41,452 nucleotides of DNA from Toensbergia leucococca (Eukaryota), in NCBI GenBank assembly GCA_022813965.1, contig JALDZS010000199.1, forward strand, positions 1 to 41,452. Direction: 5' to 3'. The translations under genes and the position numbers were made by a program. Positions 23,035 through 35,063 of this stretch are shown piece by piece (the first letter of the stretch is position 1; each line of letters begins with the position of its first letter). Below the pieces are notes generated by a model that worked only from the letters and a program-made list of their open reading frames with translations, was not told where the DNA came from and did not search any database.

Positions 23035-24486
23035 ATGGCGGATTTCATTAAGAGTCTCCTCGGAGGATTGAAGCCCTCCACTGCTCCTTCTCCAGCTGGA
23101 GACGATGCAGGTATGTCCCTCTCCCAGCTCTCAATGCCTCCCACAATCCATCTCAGACATCTCTACAGACTTTGCCGACTTCGCCGGAGCTCCCGATCCC
23201 ACTCCTGCATCCACAACTCCCATGATAACCCAGCCCTTAAGCGCACAACCAACAGCCCCCATCCTTGGCTCCGGCGTTGCCTACACAAAATGGTACCGAG
23301 TGTGGGAAAGGACCTCCCCTCGCGACTTCTACCAAGAAGCCTTCATCCTCCCTTTTGTGATCATCCTCGTAGCTCTACACGCCTGGGGCCGTAGAAAGAA
23401 TAGACGCATAGCCCGGGAATGGATCTCCGCTCACGCGCCCGCCCTCGAAAAAGAATTCGCACTGGTTGGATTCAGCGGGCGGAAAGGCACAACCCCAACC
23501 AAGCCGGAAGACCTCCTCAAAGAAAAAACCGCCCAAGAATTCATCACCTACGCATCCGGGCGCCAAAACGTCGCCTTCTTAGACATCAAACTTTCGCTCT
23601 TCAAGCGCTACAACCCCATGAATATCCTCCTCGAAACGACCGTAAGCTTCTTCTTCGAAAGTGTGCGGGCCCCTGCCGAGCGCATGGAAGCAATCGCCTA
23701 CGCCTTCGACGGCCGCGAAAAAGACTTGATACCTGTCCCCAATGCGCAGGAGCAAGAAGCCCTCGAAGCCCGCGTCAAAGGCCTACAATCCACCTACGAC
23801 AGCTTCGTCTGGGCCGTCGTCCACAAAGACGTGATGCAGAAAGTCCGCGACGGCCGCTACGACATCTCGCTGACCAGCACAAAAGATCATCCCAAACTCC
23901 CCCAATGGGCTACCGTCATGAGCGAAAGCGCCGAAATCACAGATATCCTCCTCACACCCGACCTCATCGCCGCAATCACCCAAGCAGGCGACGCCTTCGA
24001 ATCCCTCATCATCACCGACCAACCAAACGATAAACCCCAAAAGTAGACCCTCCAACCCCCCAACAAAAATCCTCTCAAAACACTAACCACTAAAACAACC
24101 CCAGACTCTCCGAGACCACCCCCCGCAAACGCCTCTCCCTCTCCCTCCTCCTCAAACCCTCCCCCAACCCCCAAACTCCCCCCCCAACCCTCCTCCTCTT
24201 CACGACCTTCCTGCGCCTCCCCGACACCCTCGTCCAAACCGCCCACTTCCGCCCCGAAGTCCACCGCAAAACGCGCCAAACACGCGACGACGAATCCCGC
24301 AAACTGCGCAAAGCGGACGAGGACGAAAAGGCCGAGGAGCGGCGCCTGGAGGGGGAGAGGAAGAAGAAGGAGGTCAGGGAGGCTAGGGTCAAGGGGATGA
24401 GTGGGGAGGAGCAGAGGAAATTTTTGGAGAGGGAGAGGGAGAAGGGGCAGCGGAAGCAGGGGAAGAAGATGACGAAGAAGGGGTAG
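23035..24486 (+). CDS. DUF1682 / PAT complex subunit CCDC47 homologue (ER membrane), 3 exons
   Basis: MADFIKSLLGG, intron 23111-23168, DFADFAGAP, a single TM segment (AFILPFVIILVALHAWG), EFALVGF, YASGRQN and MSESAEIT. After intron 24043-24104 comes a charged coiled-coil tail (EEQRKFLEREREK) ending at TAG 24484-24486. Confidence 0.88.
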
Positions 24487-24859
24487 GAGAGGGAGGGATG
24501 GGGGGATTTCTTGGGAGGTGGTGCGGGGGTAGGTGGGGTTGAGCTGTCGACGCTTAATGTGACTTGGTTTGTATATTGGATGATAGTGTCTATAATCAAG
24601 AAATGGTTGAAGAGAGATAATCTTAAGATGAGGAAGACATGCATCGTGTAGACTATGCCGTTCAAGGCTTCGAAAATAGAGAAAAGAGTATAATTGATCG
24701 AGCGGGGACTTTCAAGACAGCATACAGCCATCTGGTGCAAATCAACACCTCCACCCATTCCCCGTAAAAAGCCTACTTGCCCAAAGAACCCTCCCAACGC
24801 CAAAAGGACACGCATCCCCTATCCTACCAATCACAGTATCCTAACCCATGCCCAAACCC

Positions 24860-26674
24860 TCAGACCCCGTAAGCCGGGGGTGGGGCATCCTCACTTTCTC
24901 CCCGTTCCCAAAAGCCCCTGTCTGCTGTCTTTTCCTCATGAACCTTCCTCGCAATCTCGCTCGCCATTTTCAGCATCCACGCTTGCTCTAGAATTCCGCC
25001 CGGTGCGGCATCGAGCTGCGGTGATAGAGAGTAGGGATATTGGGTAGGTGCATGGGATGAAGATGATGAGGCGGGTTGAAGTTTCTCCGATGGGTAATGG
25101 GAGGAGTGGAGGTAGGGAGTTGGGCGGAGAGTGGGTCTTCGGAGCGGTGAGGGGGTTGTGGAGTGACCCGCGGTGAATAGAGGATCAGATGAAAGAGGAG
25201 AGGGCGCTGTTATGTTGACTCGTCGTTGATGAGGAGTCAGTTCTTCCGATCGAGGCGTAGTATCGCAATTGTCCGTGCCATCTTGGTTTTTCTGGAATCG
25301 AACTTTCCGAGGTGGCGAATTTGGGGGAGTCACGAGTTCGTCATCTCGTTCTTCTTGATGTGGAAATGGATTACCTATGTCGGATGCTGTGGATGAGACG
25401 GTTCCTGATATGCTGGTTCCCCCGCTAATGCTCTCAAACTCGTCGGTCACGGGATTCTTCCTCCTTAGATTCACTACTCTGTGCTTCCGCTTACGGCCCG
25501 TGTTTGTTTTCCCATGTTTGTTTGTGCCTAGACTTAGACCAGTTGCTGCCGATCCAAAAGTTGACAGAGTTGGCCTCGTTGAGTGCGGTCCGGCGTCGGA
25601 GGAGCCTGGGAAGACGTATGTTGTCCCTGTGCCGCCGATGTAGGAGTGTGTACGAGATATAGCGGGCGTCATGGGTGTAACGGGCACGTTGCTCCCTGAC
25701 GACTCGCCACGCTCTGTCGGACCTGCCCAAGCTCTGAAAACAACATCTCGAATGCTGGGTGTGAATAGGGATAACGTCCGGTGGGAGTCTGTCAATGCTG
25801 CTAAACGTAGCAAATTCTTCTGCGAGAACAAGGATTGGGTTTCTGTGCCTGGGTCCAACGAAAGAGAAGCGATTTGCGATGGATCAAGGATGTTGCCGGC
25901 AAAATCCACTGGATTTTGGGGTGGACTTGCTAGCGGATCCATTGTTGTCTCTACTTTGGTAGATTTCTCACTTTTGCTAGACAGCTCTTCATCCTCTTTT
26001 GCTCGATATTCCGGCACCCATAGACGAAGCGAGAGACGATGGATGATAGCAGGTACTTCATCCATCAATAGTGTCCGTAGTTGTCCCTCGATCTCTTTCT
26101 GGAGGTATTCGCGAACGAACGGAATAGAGTCGAAAGTAGAAGATACTTTGAGTGACTCGAGAGGATCATTACGGAACACTAGTGTAAGCCCCTTTTGCTT
26201 TGAAAAGACTAGTATGATGAATGCGGAGAGTTTAATCTCAGATAGTGTAATCTGCAATGGTATCGTGAGACCGGAGGCAGCAGCAAGTGGTTGTGGTGAT
26301 GTGAAGGAGGGCTTCGTATGTAGGTACGTGTTGAGTGGGTTTGCCTAGAACCAAGTCAGGACTGATGTTGCCGGAGTTTGACGGAGGATAGAAGACTTTG
26401 GACACACCTGGACTTTTGTTTTGAGAGTGAGGAAAGCATCTCCGGTGTAGCACATCTTAAAAATGCCTCGAAAGCGATCCTCAGCCAAATCTCCAACTTC
26501 TAAGATTTCAAGATCTGGAGGAACAGAGCCCAGGTTCAGCTCATTGACAAGGATATCGTCAACGATGATGGGAGGCTTGGGAGATTTGTTCAGGGCTGTA
26601 GTGAGCAGTTCCTGAGCACGAGTGTAGAAGGACGCATCGGCAGTCAAGGGTGACCAATTGAAATTGAAGGCCAT
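24860..26674 (-). CDS. MDM34: ERMES subunit, mitochondrial distribution and morphology protein 34 (SMP domain), 2 exons
   Basis: [71 protein letters not shown], with a C-terminal PPPAY. Intron 26345-26407. Confidence 0.95.
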
Positions 26675-27195
26675 GCTGGCGGATCATCGAAAGGAATGAT
26701 AATTATGGACGTTGATTCCCATCAGCTAGGACGAGATGGTGCTCGAGGCTATTCAGCTGTCGCTTGCGAAGGATACTGATCTAGTGACGATAGCTTGAGT
26801 ATCCAGCCACTCAAACTCATCGGATCGAAGTCACGTTAAATAGGCTTCATCAACGATTCTTTTCTTCTGAGCTTACAGCGTGAGGATGTCAACGAAGGCA
26901 TCTGTAGAGATAGGGAACGAGGGAAGATGGAGTCCGGGTGAAGCCTGCGATAAACATTTTACTAGCTCTTCGCCTGGGTCCCTGCGGCAGCCGCTAGGCC
27001 GCGGCGTCATTTCAGGGAGATCCTGACCCTGGCCCTAAGCGAGATATGCAGATATTCACGTCATCGTTATTTTCTACTCCATGCCTTTTGACCATTTGAC
27101 CTTTTCCATATCAAAACTTGCTTCTAAATTCAATTTGCATTCTCTCACACATCACAGGCTGATAAGCGAGGAGGGGCATACTTGATTTTCATGAT

Positions 27196-29638
27196 ATGGA
27201 AAATCAAAATAACCCCCACCAAATCCCCTCATCCACGCCAACAAGATTACCGATTAGAGAACCCAAACCACTCAGTTGCATCTCCTGTCGTCTCAAGAAA
27301 ATAAAATGCGACAGATTTAATCCCTGTTCTGCTTGCCTGCGTACCTCTACTGATTGTATTCAGCCGAGTCGTCAAAGGTTACCCAGAGGGAGAGAGGGAG
27401 GAAGGAAGAATACCGAACTTTTAAATCGTCTTAGGAGGTTGGAGGGACTCGTTGAGAAATATGAGAAACCGGACAATGCACGTATATCAGAAGCCACGGT
27501 AAAACAACGTTCAAGTTCAGGAAAAAGCGATGAAGTCGAGATCGATCCCATCGAGGGAGACGTCAAAATTTCAAATGGAGACCGCGTAGCCGAGCGCACA
27601 GAAGGGGGTGTTGGATGTTACCTTGGCGCGGCTTTCTGGGGGAATCTCTGTAACGAGGTCAGTCTATATACTCGATACAGCTCGAACCGACCACTTATGC
27701 TGTTACTCAGGTCAAAGGTCTTCGACATACTCTGTCACAACCATCCGATGACGAAGAAGAGGAGGAAGACTCCAATGGATATTCAGAATCCGTTTCGACG
27801 CTCAATCTTCAGACCTCCCACTCCGGATTTATCTTTGGCTTCGATCCGAAGACAAGCAAATCACTTTCCTCATGCCCTTCTTCCTTCCACATCGCAATGT
27901 TATATCCTGTTTACATGGCGAATGTTGATCCTGTTTTTAAGGTTCTTCACAAGCCAACGATGCTTAGAACTATGCTTGAAACAAAAGATAGAGCAGGAAT
28001 GCCAAAGGGAAAGGGAGAGGATGCTCTTACTTTCGCCATATTATTTGCTGCAGTGACGAGCCTCACACCTAGCGAGTGCAACATGTCTCTCGGCGAGGAA
28101 AAATCCACCATGGTAGAAAACTTCAGAACCAGGACGGAACAGGCGCTGGCGAATGCTGACTTTCTCAACAGCGTGGAATTAGTTACGTTACAGGCTTTGG
28201 CAATATTTCTAGTAGGTGATTCTATTGAAGAATCCCACAACAGTCGACTGCAAAGTTGCTTCAGCTACAAGAGACTGTGAAGGCTTTTTTTGGCTACACA
28301 GATTTATCGTTGATGAAAAGACTTTGCTTTGTATCGAGATTTCCCCTGGAGGCTAATCATTGACGGTTTTAATAGTTCTCCGCGCGGTGCCATGATAATA
28401 CTCGATTTGTTTGGACGCTTACTAGTCTTACCGTTCGTATTGCCACTGCTCTCAACCTACACCACGACAGTGCCACTTCATGTTTTTCCGTCTTTGACAT
28501 AGAGATGCGACGTCGCCTATGGTGGGAAATATGCGTTCTTGATGCACGAGCATCGGAAGATCGTGCATCAGAACCATCAATTATCGAAGGATTATTTGAT
28601 ACTAGAATGCCTTCAAATATCAATGATGAAGATCTCGAACCGGAAAGTCTACAGATCGTTGAAAGAGAGGGTTATACAGAAATGACATTCTGCTTGATCA
28701 GTCACGAAGTCACAAATCTTTTTAAGCGATTGAGTCATCTTCCTCTGGGACTCGATAAGAACAGAAATGAGACAAAGGACAGAGAAATTTGGGTTACAGA
28801 ATGTTGTCAACTTCTTGAAAGCAAGTACCTCAAATATTGCGATATGTCCATACCTCTGTCTTGGGTTACGGGCACTGTCTGTCGCCTCATAATGGCGAGA
28901 CTGTGGCTCTCCATACATCACCCTTGCCAAAGATATGGAGTTGCCTCTATCCCGGAAGTGACCAAGCAACGTCTTTTGCTCATTTCGGTCGAAATCCTTG
29001 AATATGCTCACCTTCTTGACAGCGAGATATCTGCGGCTAAATTCAAATGGCTATTCAAGACCTACGTACAATGGCATGCTCTGGCTGTTGTACTAGCGGA
29101 ATTATGCGTCCAAACACAAGGAGAGATGGTAGACAGAGCTTGGAGAATCATCGACATCGTTTTTGAGTACTGGAGTGAGCGCATTGCAGATTCTAACAAG
29201 GGGATGTTGTGGCGTCCGATGAAGAAGTTGATGGGGAAAGCGAGATTAGCAAGGCAGGTGGATAGCTTGAGTGTCGAGAAAGTCGTAGGACGACCTAATG
29301 CGCTGAGAAATTATGCGCAAGGTCCTCAGGACATGTCCGGGATACAGTTGACGCAGCCCTATGATGATGAAGTCGTTCCTTCAAGCTTTGCGCAGATTTC
29401 GGGCCTGCCTGTGATGGAGCAGTCCACGATACCGCTAAAAATAACTCAGGAGGCGCAGATGACTGCGGACGCATGGATGCTTAATGGTACCAACTCGTCG
29501 TGGAATCCAAACGAGTATGCAGATCAGATCAATTGGGCGGACTGGGATGGTTTTATGAAGGATCTCCAACAAGAGAGAATTCCCGAAGACGGGCCAATCA
29601 GTGGGCAGCCAACGGCGGAATTCAACATGTTGTGGTGA
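27196..29638 (+). CDS. Zn(II)2Cys6 transcription factor with fungal middle-homology region, 3 exons
   Basis: Zinc cluster CISCRLKKIKCDRFNPCSACLRTSTDC, plus NVDPVFKVLHKP, EMRRRLWWEICVLD and DTRMPSNINDEDL. Introns 27658-27710 and 28212-28375. Confidence 0.93.
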
Positions 29639-29712
29639 ACAGAAACATTTCCGAGGGGCAGGTCTGCTATGATAAACGGCCCAAACAGCACCAACACCAG
29701 AACGTACAAAAT

Positions 29713-30492
29713 TTACTTTAAACCCACCATCTTGCAAACGGAATATAGCCATGGGATATAATGCCACAACAATCCCTCGGCAAAAATGATGGGCACCCGA
29801 TAATTGATTCTTGTCTTGTCTCCCTTGGGAATAACACATACTCCGTCCCAGTCATAACCTCCCTTCTCCGCCATCTCTATCATTCCCGCTGCCAAATCCG
29901 GATAACTCAAAAACGACTTCTGGTTATCCAAGCTAAGCTCGTGGCCCTGCTGTACATCCTCCACCAATGCTCCGGGCTGCACAAATGTGACTTTGAGCCA
30001 GCTGTCGTGCAACCTTAGATAGTCCTCGGCAAATCCTAGATCCGCATAAAGGTACGACAGACTCGTATGGACAATCCAATTTCCGATAGCAGGTATGTTG
30101 TGACTTAATCTCGGATTCATGGACGCAGAGCTTAGGAAGATGATCTTCGGCATCTTGGCACTTGGGTTGGTAGTCCGGATGTTGCAGAGTGCTGCCACGA
30201 TCACATGAGCGGCCTGCTGCGCGATGCGCATGCCGGGGGTGTTCGCATTGCTACCGATAACGACGAAGATGTTGTCGACGTCCTCGAAGCAGGCTGTGAG
30301 GAGAGGTGTATCGGTGAGGGAGCCTGTGAAGATGTTGACGTTGGGATTCGTAGGGAGGGAAGGAAAGAGAGTGAGGAGAGCGGCTTTGTTGCGGACGTAG
30401 AGGTTCAACTTTGTTTTGGAAGAGGCGGAGAGTTGGGTTACGAGACTGCGGCCGGTGAGGCCGGTTGCTCCTAGGATGGCGTGCGTGGGCAT
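29713..30492 (-). CDS. NAD(P)-binding oxidoreductase, AflX(OrdB)/MdpK/AvfA-like
   Basis: Rossmann start MPTHAILGATGLTG, then LNLYVRNK, NTPGMRIAQ, IIFLSSAS, LYADL, FVQPGALVED and FLSYPDLAAGMIE. Intronless, 259 aa. Confidence 0.82.
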   Translation of the reverse strand: MPTHAILGATGLTGRSLVTQLSASSKTKLNLYVRNKAALLTLFPSLPTNPNVNIFTGSLTDTPLLTACFEDVDNIFVVIGSNANTPGMRIAQQAAHVIVAALCNIRTTNPSAKMPKIIFLSSASMNPRLSHNIPAIGNWIVHTSLSYLYADLGFAEDYLRLHDSWLKVTFVQPGALVEDVQQGHELSLDNQKSFLSYPDLAAGMIEMAEKGGYDWDGVCVIPKGDKTRINYRVPIIFAEGLLWHYIPWLYSVCKMVGLK

Positions 30493-31400
30493 TGCGGGAG
30501 TTGAGGAGAAGAGTGCCTTTGGTGGAGATGTTGCGTTCAGAGTGTGGGATTTACAAGAGCGGTGGCTAGAAACCTGAGAGTGGACTTGAATTTTAGAGGT
30601 GATAAACTGAGTGTCAAAGGACGAGCTATTTATTGCTCACCTAAAATAAAAGTCAATGGAAGGAATTTATCCATGTTTTTGTAGTTGTATCATTGTTATG
30701 TACCTGTCGCCATGCTATGCATGTGTACTTGCAATCATGACGCCACTACCATGCACGAAGCCGCAGAATTAGGGTTACGCATCCCTGTGTTGCCGAGCGG
30801 GTGTGGGTGCGGGCTTCGGTGTTTGATTAAATTCCGAGGAAGCTTGGTCAGGTACGAGTGTGAATAGATCATTGTCACCTGTATGGTTGCGTCAGATTAG
30901 GGTAAAGAGATAAGGGCAGGACCCCAAACCTCACCTTGAGCTTTAGTACAGAGTAACTTCACTCACTTTTCATGTTCTCTGATTATTCCTTGAAACTCAT
31001 CACATCACTTCAGTCACACAATATTTTTACTTTCAGAATACATGATAATTCAGAGAGTCTCTCATACCTTGGTAAGAAATATAAATAACCTTGATGAGTA
31101 CTTATAAGTCATAAAGAAGCGTGAGAGTGAGAAATACACCTTTCATCAGCATGATCTTTCACTCTGAGCTGTGACAATGAGAACATGTGCTCCTCACGGC
31201 CACGCTCATTCGCGCGGACCTGCATCCTGCAAGGCTAGCTTGTGTTGATCAGCACCGAATCTAGCAGGTTGAGGTGCACATCTCCGAAGACTGCAAAAAA
31301 GTGCTATGTGACGCAGAAAAGGAAATGGAGCAATTGGAATTGGTCCCTCTGTCCATCCTCTTTCTCGTCCTTATTCTCCTCCTTGGCCAATTCTATCATC

Positions 31401-33017
31401 ATGATCCTATCCACAAATCTAGCAGTATTTGCAGCCTTACTGTCCGTTGTAAAGAGTGCGTATGGAGTTCTACCCCGGGGAAACGTCTCGGAACCCTACG
31501 TGAACCAGACAACGTGCAATGGCAACACTTACACCTATCAACAGCTTGCAGGCTACGGCTTCATTCCTTCCAATGCCCGTGACAAGTTTGGAGATACCCT
31601 TGGTGGCATAGGAAGCTCCATTGCTTTGGACAAGACAGCTTGGAAAAAAGGAAAGAATGGGAGCTATACAGGTATACTCTGGGCATTGCCAGATCGAGGA
31701 TGGTAAGAAAGAGGCTCCTTCAAGGATAGAAAAGTATCTCTAACGCTATCAAACAGGAACACTGAAGGCACACTTAACTTCCAGAACCGCGTTCATAAAA
31801 TCGCCATAACCCTAAATCCTCAGCCTAATGCCACCCTATCAAGTCCCTCCGGGCCAAACCTCCAACTCACCTACCTCGACACAATTCTCTTCACTGGCCC
31901 CGATGGGACCCCAACGACTGGTCTCGACGCCGACGTAAGGGGCAGCATCACCTACCCCGGCTTTCCCAAACTCCCAGTAGCCATCTACAAAGGCGATGGC
32001 TTTGGCGGGGCCGGCCCAGGTGGCAAACGCATAACCATTGATAGCGAAGGGCTCGTTCTAAACTCCGACGGCACCTTCTGGGTAAGCGACGAGTATGGAC
32101 CGTACATTTATAGATTTTCCGCCACAGGCCTAATGCTCCAAGCCATACGCCCTCCACAAGCCTACATCCCGCGCCGCAATAATACCATTAGCTTCTCTGC
32201 AGACTCACCACCCTTTTATAATCCCAATAAAACCATCATCCCCGCAGATACCACCACCGGCCGTGACAACAACCAAGGCCTTGAAGGTCTTACCATCTCT
32301 CCGGACGGTAAAACCCTTTTTGCCCTGATGCAATCCGCTCTCGACCAAGAAGGCGGCCCCAATAACCCCTACCGCCTCAACGCTCGTCTATTAGAATACG
32401 ACATCAGCACATCAACCCCACTTTACAAAAAAGAATACATCGTCACACTTCCACTTTACGCCAGCAGCAAAACTAAAACCAAAGTCGCGGCCCAAAGTGA
32501 GATTCACTTCTTAACGCCCACGCAATTCCTAGTCCTAGCCCGCGACTCGGGCGCCGGTCACGGCCAATCAAGCTCCACATCCCTCTACCGTCACGCGGAC
32601 ATCTTCGACATCTCCGCTCCCGCAACAGACATCAAATCGCCCGCCAACGACGCCGCAAATGGGAGCATTGCCAGTAGCACCGGCGTGCTGAATCCAGGCA
32701 TCACCGCAGCGCTCTACTGCAGCTTCCTAGACTTCAACGTCAACAGCGAGCTCGAGCGCTTCGGGGTGCACAATGGAGGCGCGCAGGACCAGTTCCTGCT
32801 GAACGAAAAATGGGAATCCCTAGGTACGGTAGCGGTTAACCCGGGCAAGGAAGACGGGGAGTACTTTCTGTTCAGTTTGAGCGACAATGATTTCATCACG
32901 CAAGATGGGTTTTTGGAGGGTGGGAAGTTCATGTATCAAGATGCGAGCGGGTATAATCTTGATAACCAGGCGCTGGTGTTTCAAATCAAGGTGCCGAGTG
33001 GGGTGACGCCTTCGTGA
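31401..33017 (+). CDS. Secreted phytase-like esterase family protein, 2 exons
   Basis: Signal peptide MILSTNLAVFAALLSVV. LWALPDRGW|N spans intron 31703-31756. Later motifs are IDSEGL, FWVSDEYGPYIY, NNQGLEGLT, KWESL and SDNDF. Confidence 0.88.
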
Positions 33018-33069
33018 CTGCAGTAGTAGATATACAAGCCTGTACGAGCGGTCTAGAAGAGTCCATACA

Positions 33070-33790
33070 CCGAAAAAAAAAACTGTCAAGAAAAAAAAAA
33101 AAAGCTGTATAGAATATTTATCCTTGAGGCCCAAAAAAAAATCCAAAAAGGCATGGTGTTTAGAAGTCTAGCACCTGGGAAAAACTCCAGCACAAACCAA
33201 TCAAACATAGAGTTCACAAAAAGAAAAAAAGGAATCAAAGACATTCAAGCATTTCATTTAACAAAAAGATTGCATGTCAGGAGGGGGCGCAAATATGGGC
33301 CAAGCACCGAGGCCACCCTCCCCCTTACCAACAAGGCTGAAATATTCTACTCCAGCGGACATTAGAACAATCAAACCCCGAACCAAAAAAAAAAAAAAAT
33401 CTCAATCCCCACAAACCCTCAATGACGCCTACCTACACACCATGACAAAACAACAGGTTCCTCGCCCAAAAAGAAACCATCACACATCAGCAAGAAAAAA
33501 AATCTCAGAAAACTCGCATCCCTCTCACACTTCAAAAAAAACAACAAAAGAATACCCCACCACCCAAAAAAAAAGACATGACGCAGTAGAAAAAAAAAGG
33601 TGTCATGATGTAATCCCATTCACAAAACATCCCCCTCGATATTTCATCTCTACTTAAGAAACCCCCCTCATCCACACCTTTTCCAACTAAAATCAATCTC
33701 ACTCAACCCAAAATCCTGACCACCAACAAAACAAAATCAAACCCCACGTCCCCATCAGAAACACCCCCTCACCCCCCAAAAAAAAACAAA
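33070..33790. repeat. Low-complexity poly(A)/poly(C)-tract intergenic region upstream of bli-3
   Basis: Many A runs of 7-15 nt (for example 33385-33399) and C runs are directly visible. Confidence 0.7.
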
Positions 33791-33791
33791 A

Positions 33792-34403
33792 ATGCCCTCC
33801 TCCCTCCAATCCCCCTCCACTACCGCCCCTACCGCCCCAACCCCCGACACCACAACCCCAATCTCCACCCAAATCCAAGACTTCTACACCCTAACCTCCA
33901 CCCTAAAAACCTGCCTCCTCACAACCCTGCGTCCCCAAATCGGTCCCGTCTCCCGCGCAATGGCCATCGCCAAACGCTCCGGCCCCGACTTCCTCTTCCT
34001 CGCCAACACCGACTCCCAAAAATTCGCCGACCTCGACGCCGACAAAACGTGCCAGCTGACGTTCCAAAACAGCAGCACGCAAGACTGGGCCAGCGTCACC
34101 GGCACCGCGACCACCATCTCGAATTCGGATCCCCGCATCAAGGAATTGTACGGTATGGGGGCTGTGCGGGCTTGGTTTGGGGATTTGGGAGATGGGGAGC
34201 ATGATGGGACGGCTGGGGATCCGAGGATGGCGTTGATTGAGGTCAAGAGTCGCTATGTGGCGTATTGGAAGAGTACGGTTGGGAGTCTGGGGTTTGTGAA
34301 GGAGGTGGGGGTTGCGGCTGTGACGGGGAAGGTGGCGGAGACGGGGGTGCAAAGGGAGTTGGGAGAGGAGGCGTTGGAGGAGGCGAGGAAGGAGGTGGAG
34401 TGA
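33792..34403 (+). CDS. bli-3: Blue-light-inducible protein BLI-3 homologue (pyridoxamine 5'-phosphate oxidase-like, general stress protein fold)
   Basis: Motifs CLLTT..GPVSRAMAIAKRSGPDFLFLAN, QDWASVTG, AWFGDLGDGEHDGTAGDPRMALIEV and AAVTGKVA. Confidence 0.85.
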   Translation: MPSSLQSPSTTAPTAPTPDTTTPISTQIQDFYTLTSTLKTCLLTTLRPQIGPVSRAMAIAKRSGPDFLFLANTDSQKFADLDADKTCQLTFQNSSTQDWASVTGTATTISNSDPRIKELYGMGAVRAWFGDLGDGEHDGTAGDPRMALIEVKSRYVAYWKSTVGSLGFVKEVGVAAVTGKVAETGVQRELGEEALEEARKEVE

Positions 34404-35063
34404 TGGTTTCTGGGGCGTAGTTTTTTGTATGAGAAAGAGGTTGTTGCATTTGGGGAACTTTTACTCGCGTTAGGGAAATTAAATCTACTTGCTGAGGTTA
34501 GCTCATGACCTGAGAAATTGATAACAGCATACTAGGTTTTGATGCCTACTTTCACCCATTAATTCTCTATTTGTTCTCACTACATTCTGCTTTCTGACCA
34601 AGGCTCTCATCCATGCCGGTCACCGAATCAGGACCCGTGAGTGTTGATTCACATGTTTTGGTCTCTTGACTAATATCTGATGACATAGAGCTCGCTTTAA
34701 GGCTACTATCTATGGCCGTAGCTGGACTTGCACTTGGGCTCATTGCAGACAGCTGGATCCGCAGAAGTTGGAATTGCTGTCGCAGTTCTTTAGGTACAAT
34801 TTGCGCAAATCATGAGTACAAGCGGTAGGGTTTGAGACTATCAAAGAGATAGCTACGAGCAGCCCGAATGTCGGCCACGTCTTGATACTATGATCGCATG
34901 GAAAGTTCGATTCAATCGCGCGTTTTATAGAACGCGATCGTGCTCCTTTCGTGATATGTTAGAGACGTCGTTCGGTCCGAGAAGACTCCTTGTCCGTTCA
35001 CACAAGACCATAAGTATTAAACACATGGAAGAAGGTATTGATGGTGACCGAAGACATTGACCA

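Noticed and set aside
24090..24815. 241-aa minus-strand ORF, and other long antisense ORFs (10854-11480, 11517-12167, 25671-26348, 40748-41278)
   Set aside because: These are shadows of real genes on the opposite strand, favoured by biased codon usage, and carry no recognisable motifs.
33153..33657. Lys-rich ORFs upstream of bli-3
   Set aside because: They are products of poly(A) low-complexity sequence.
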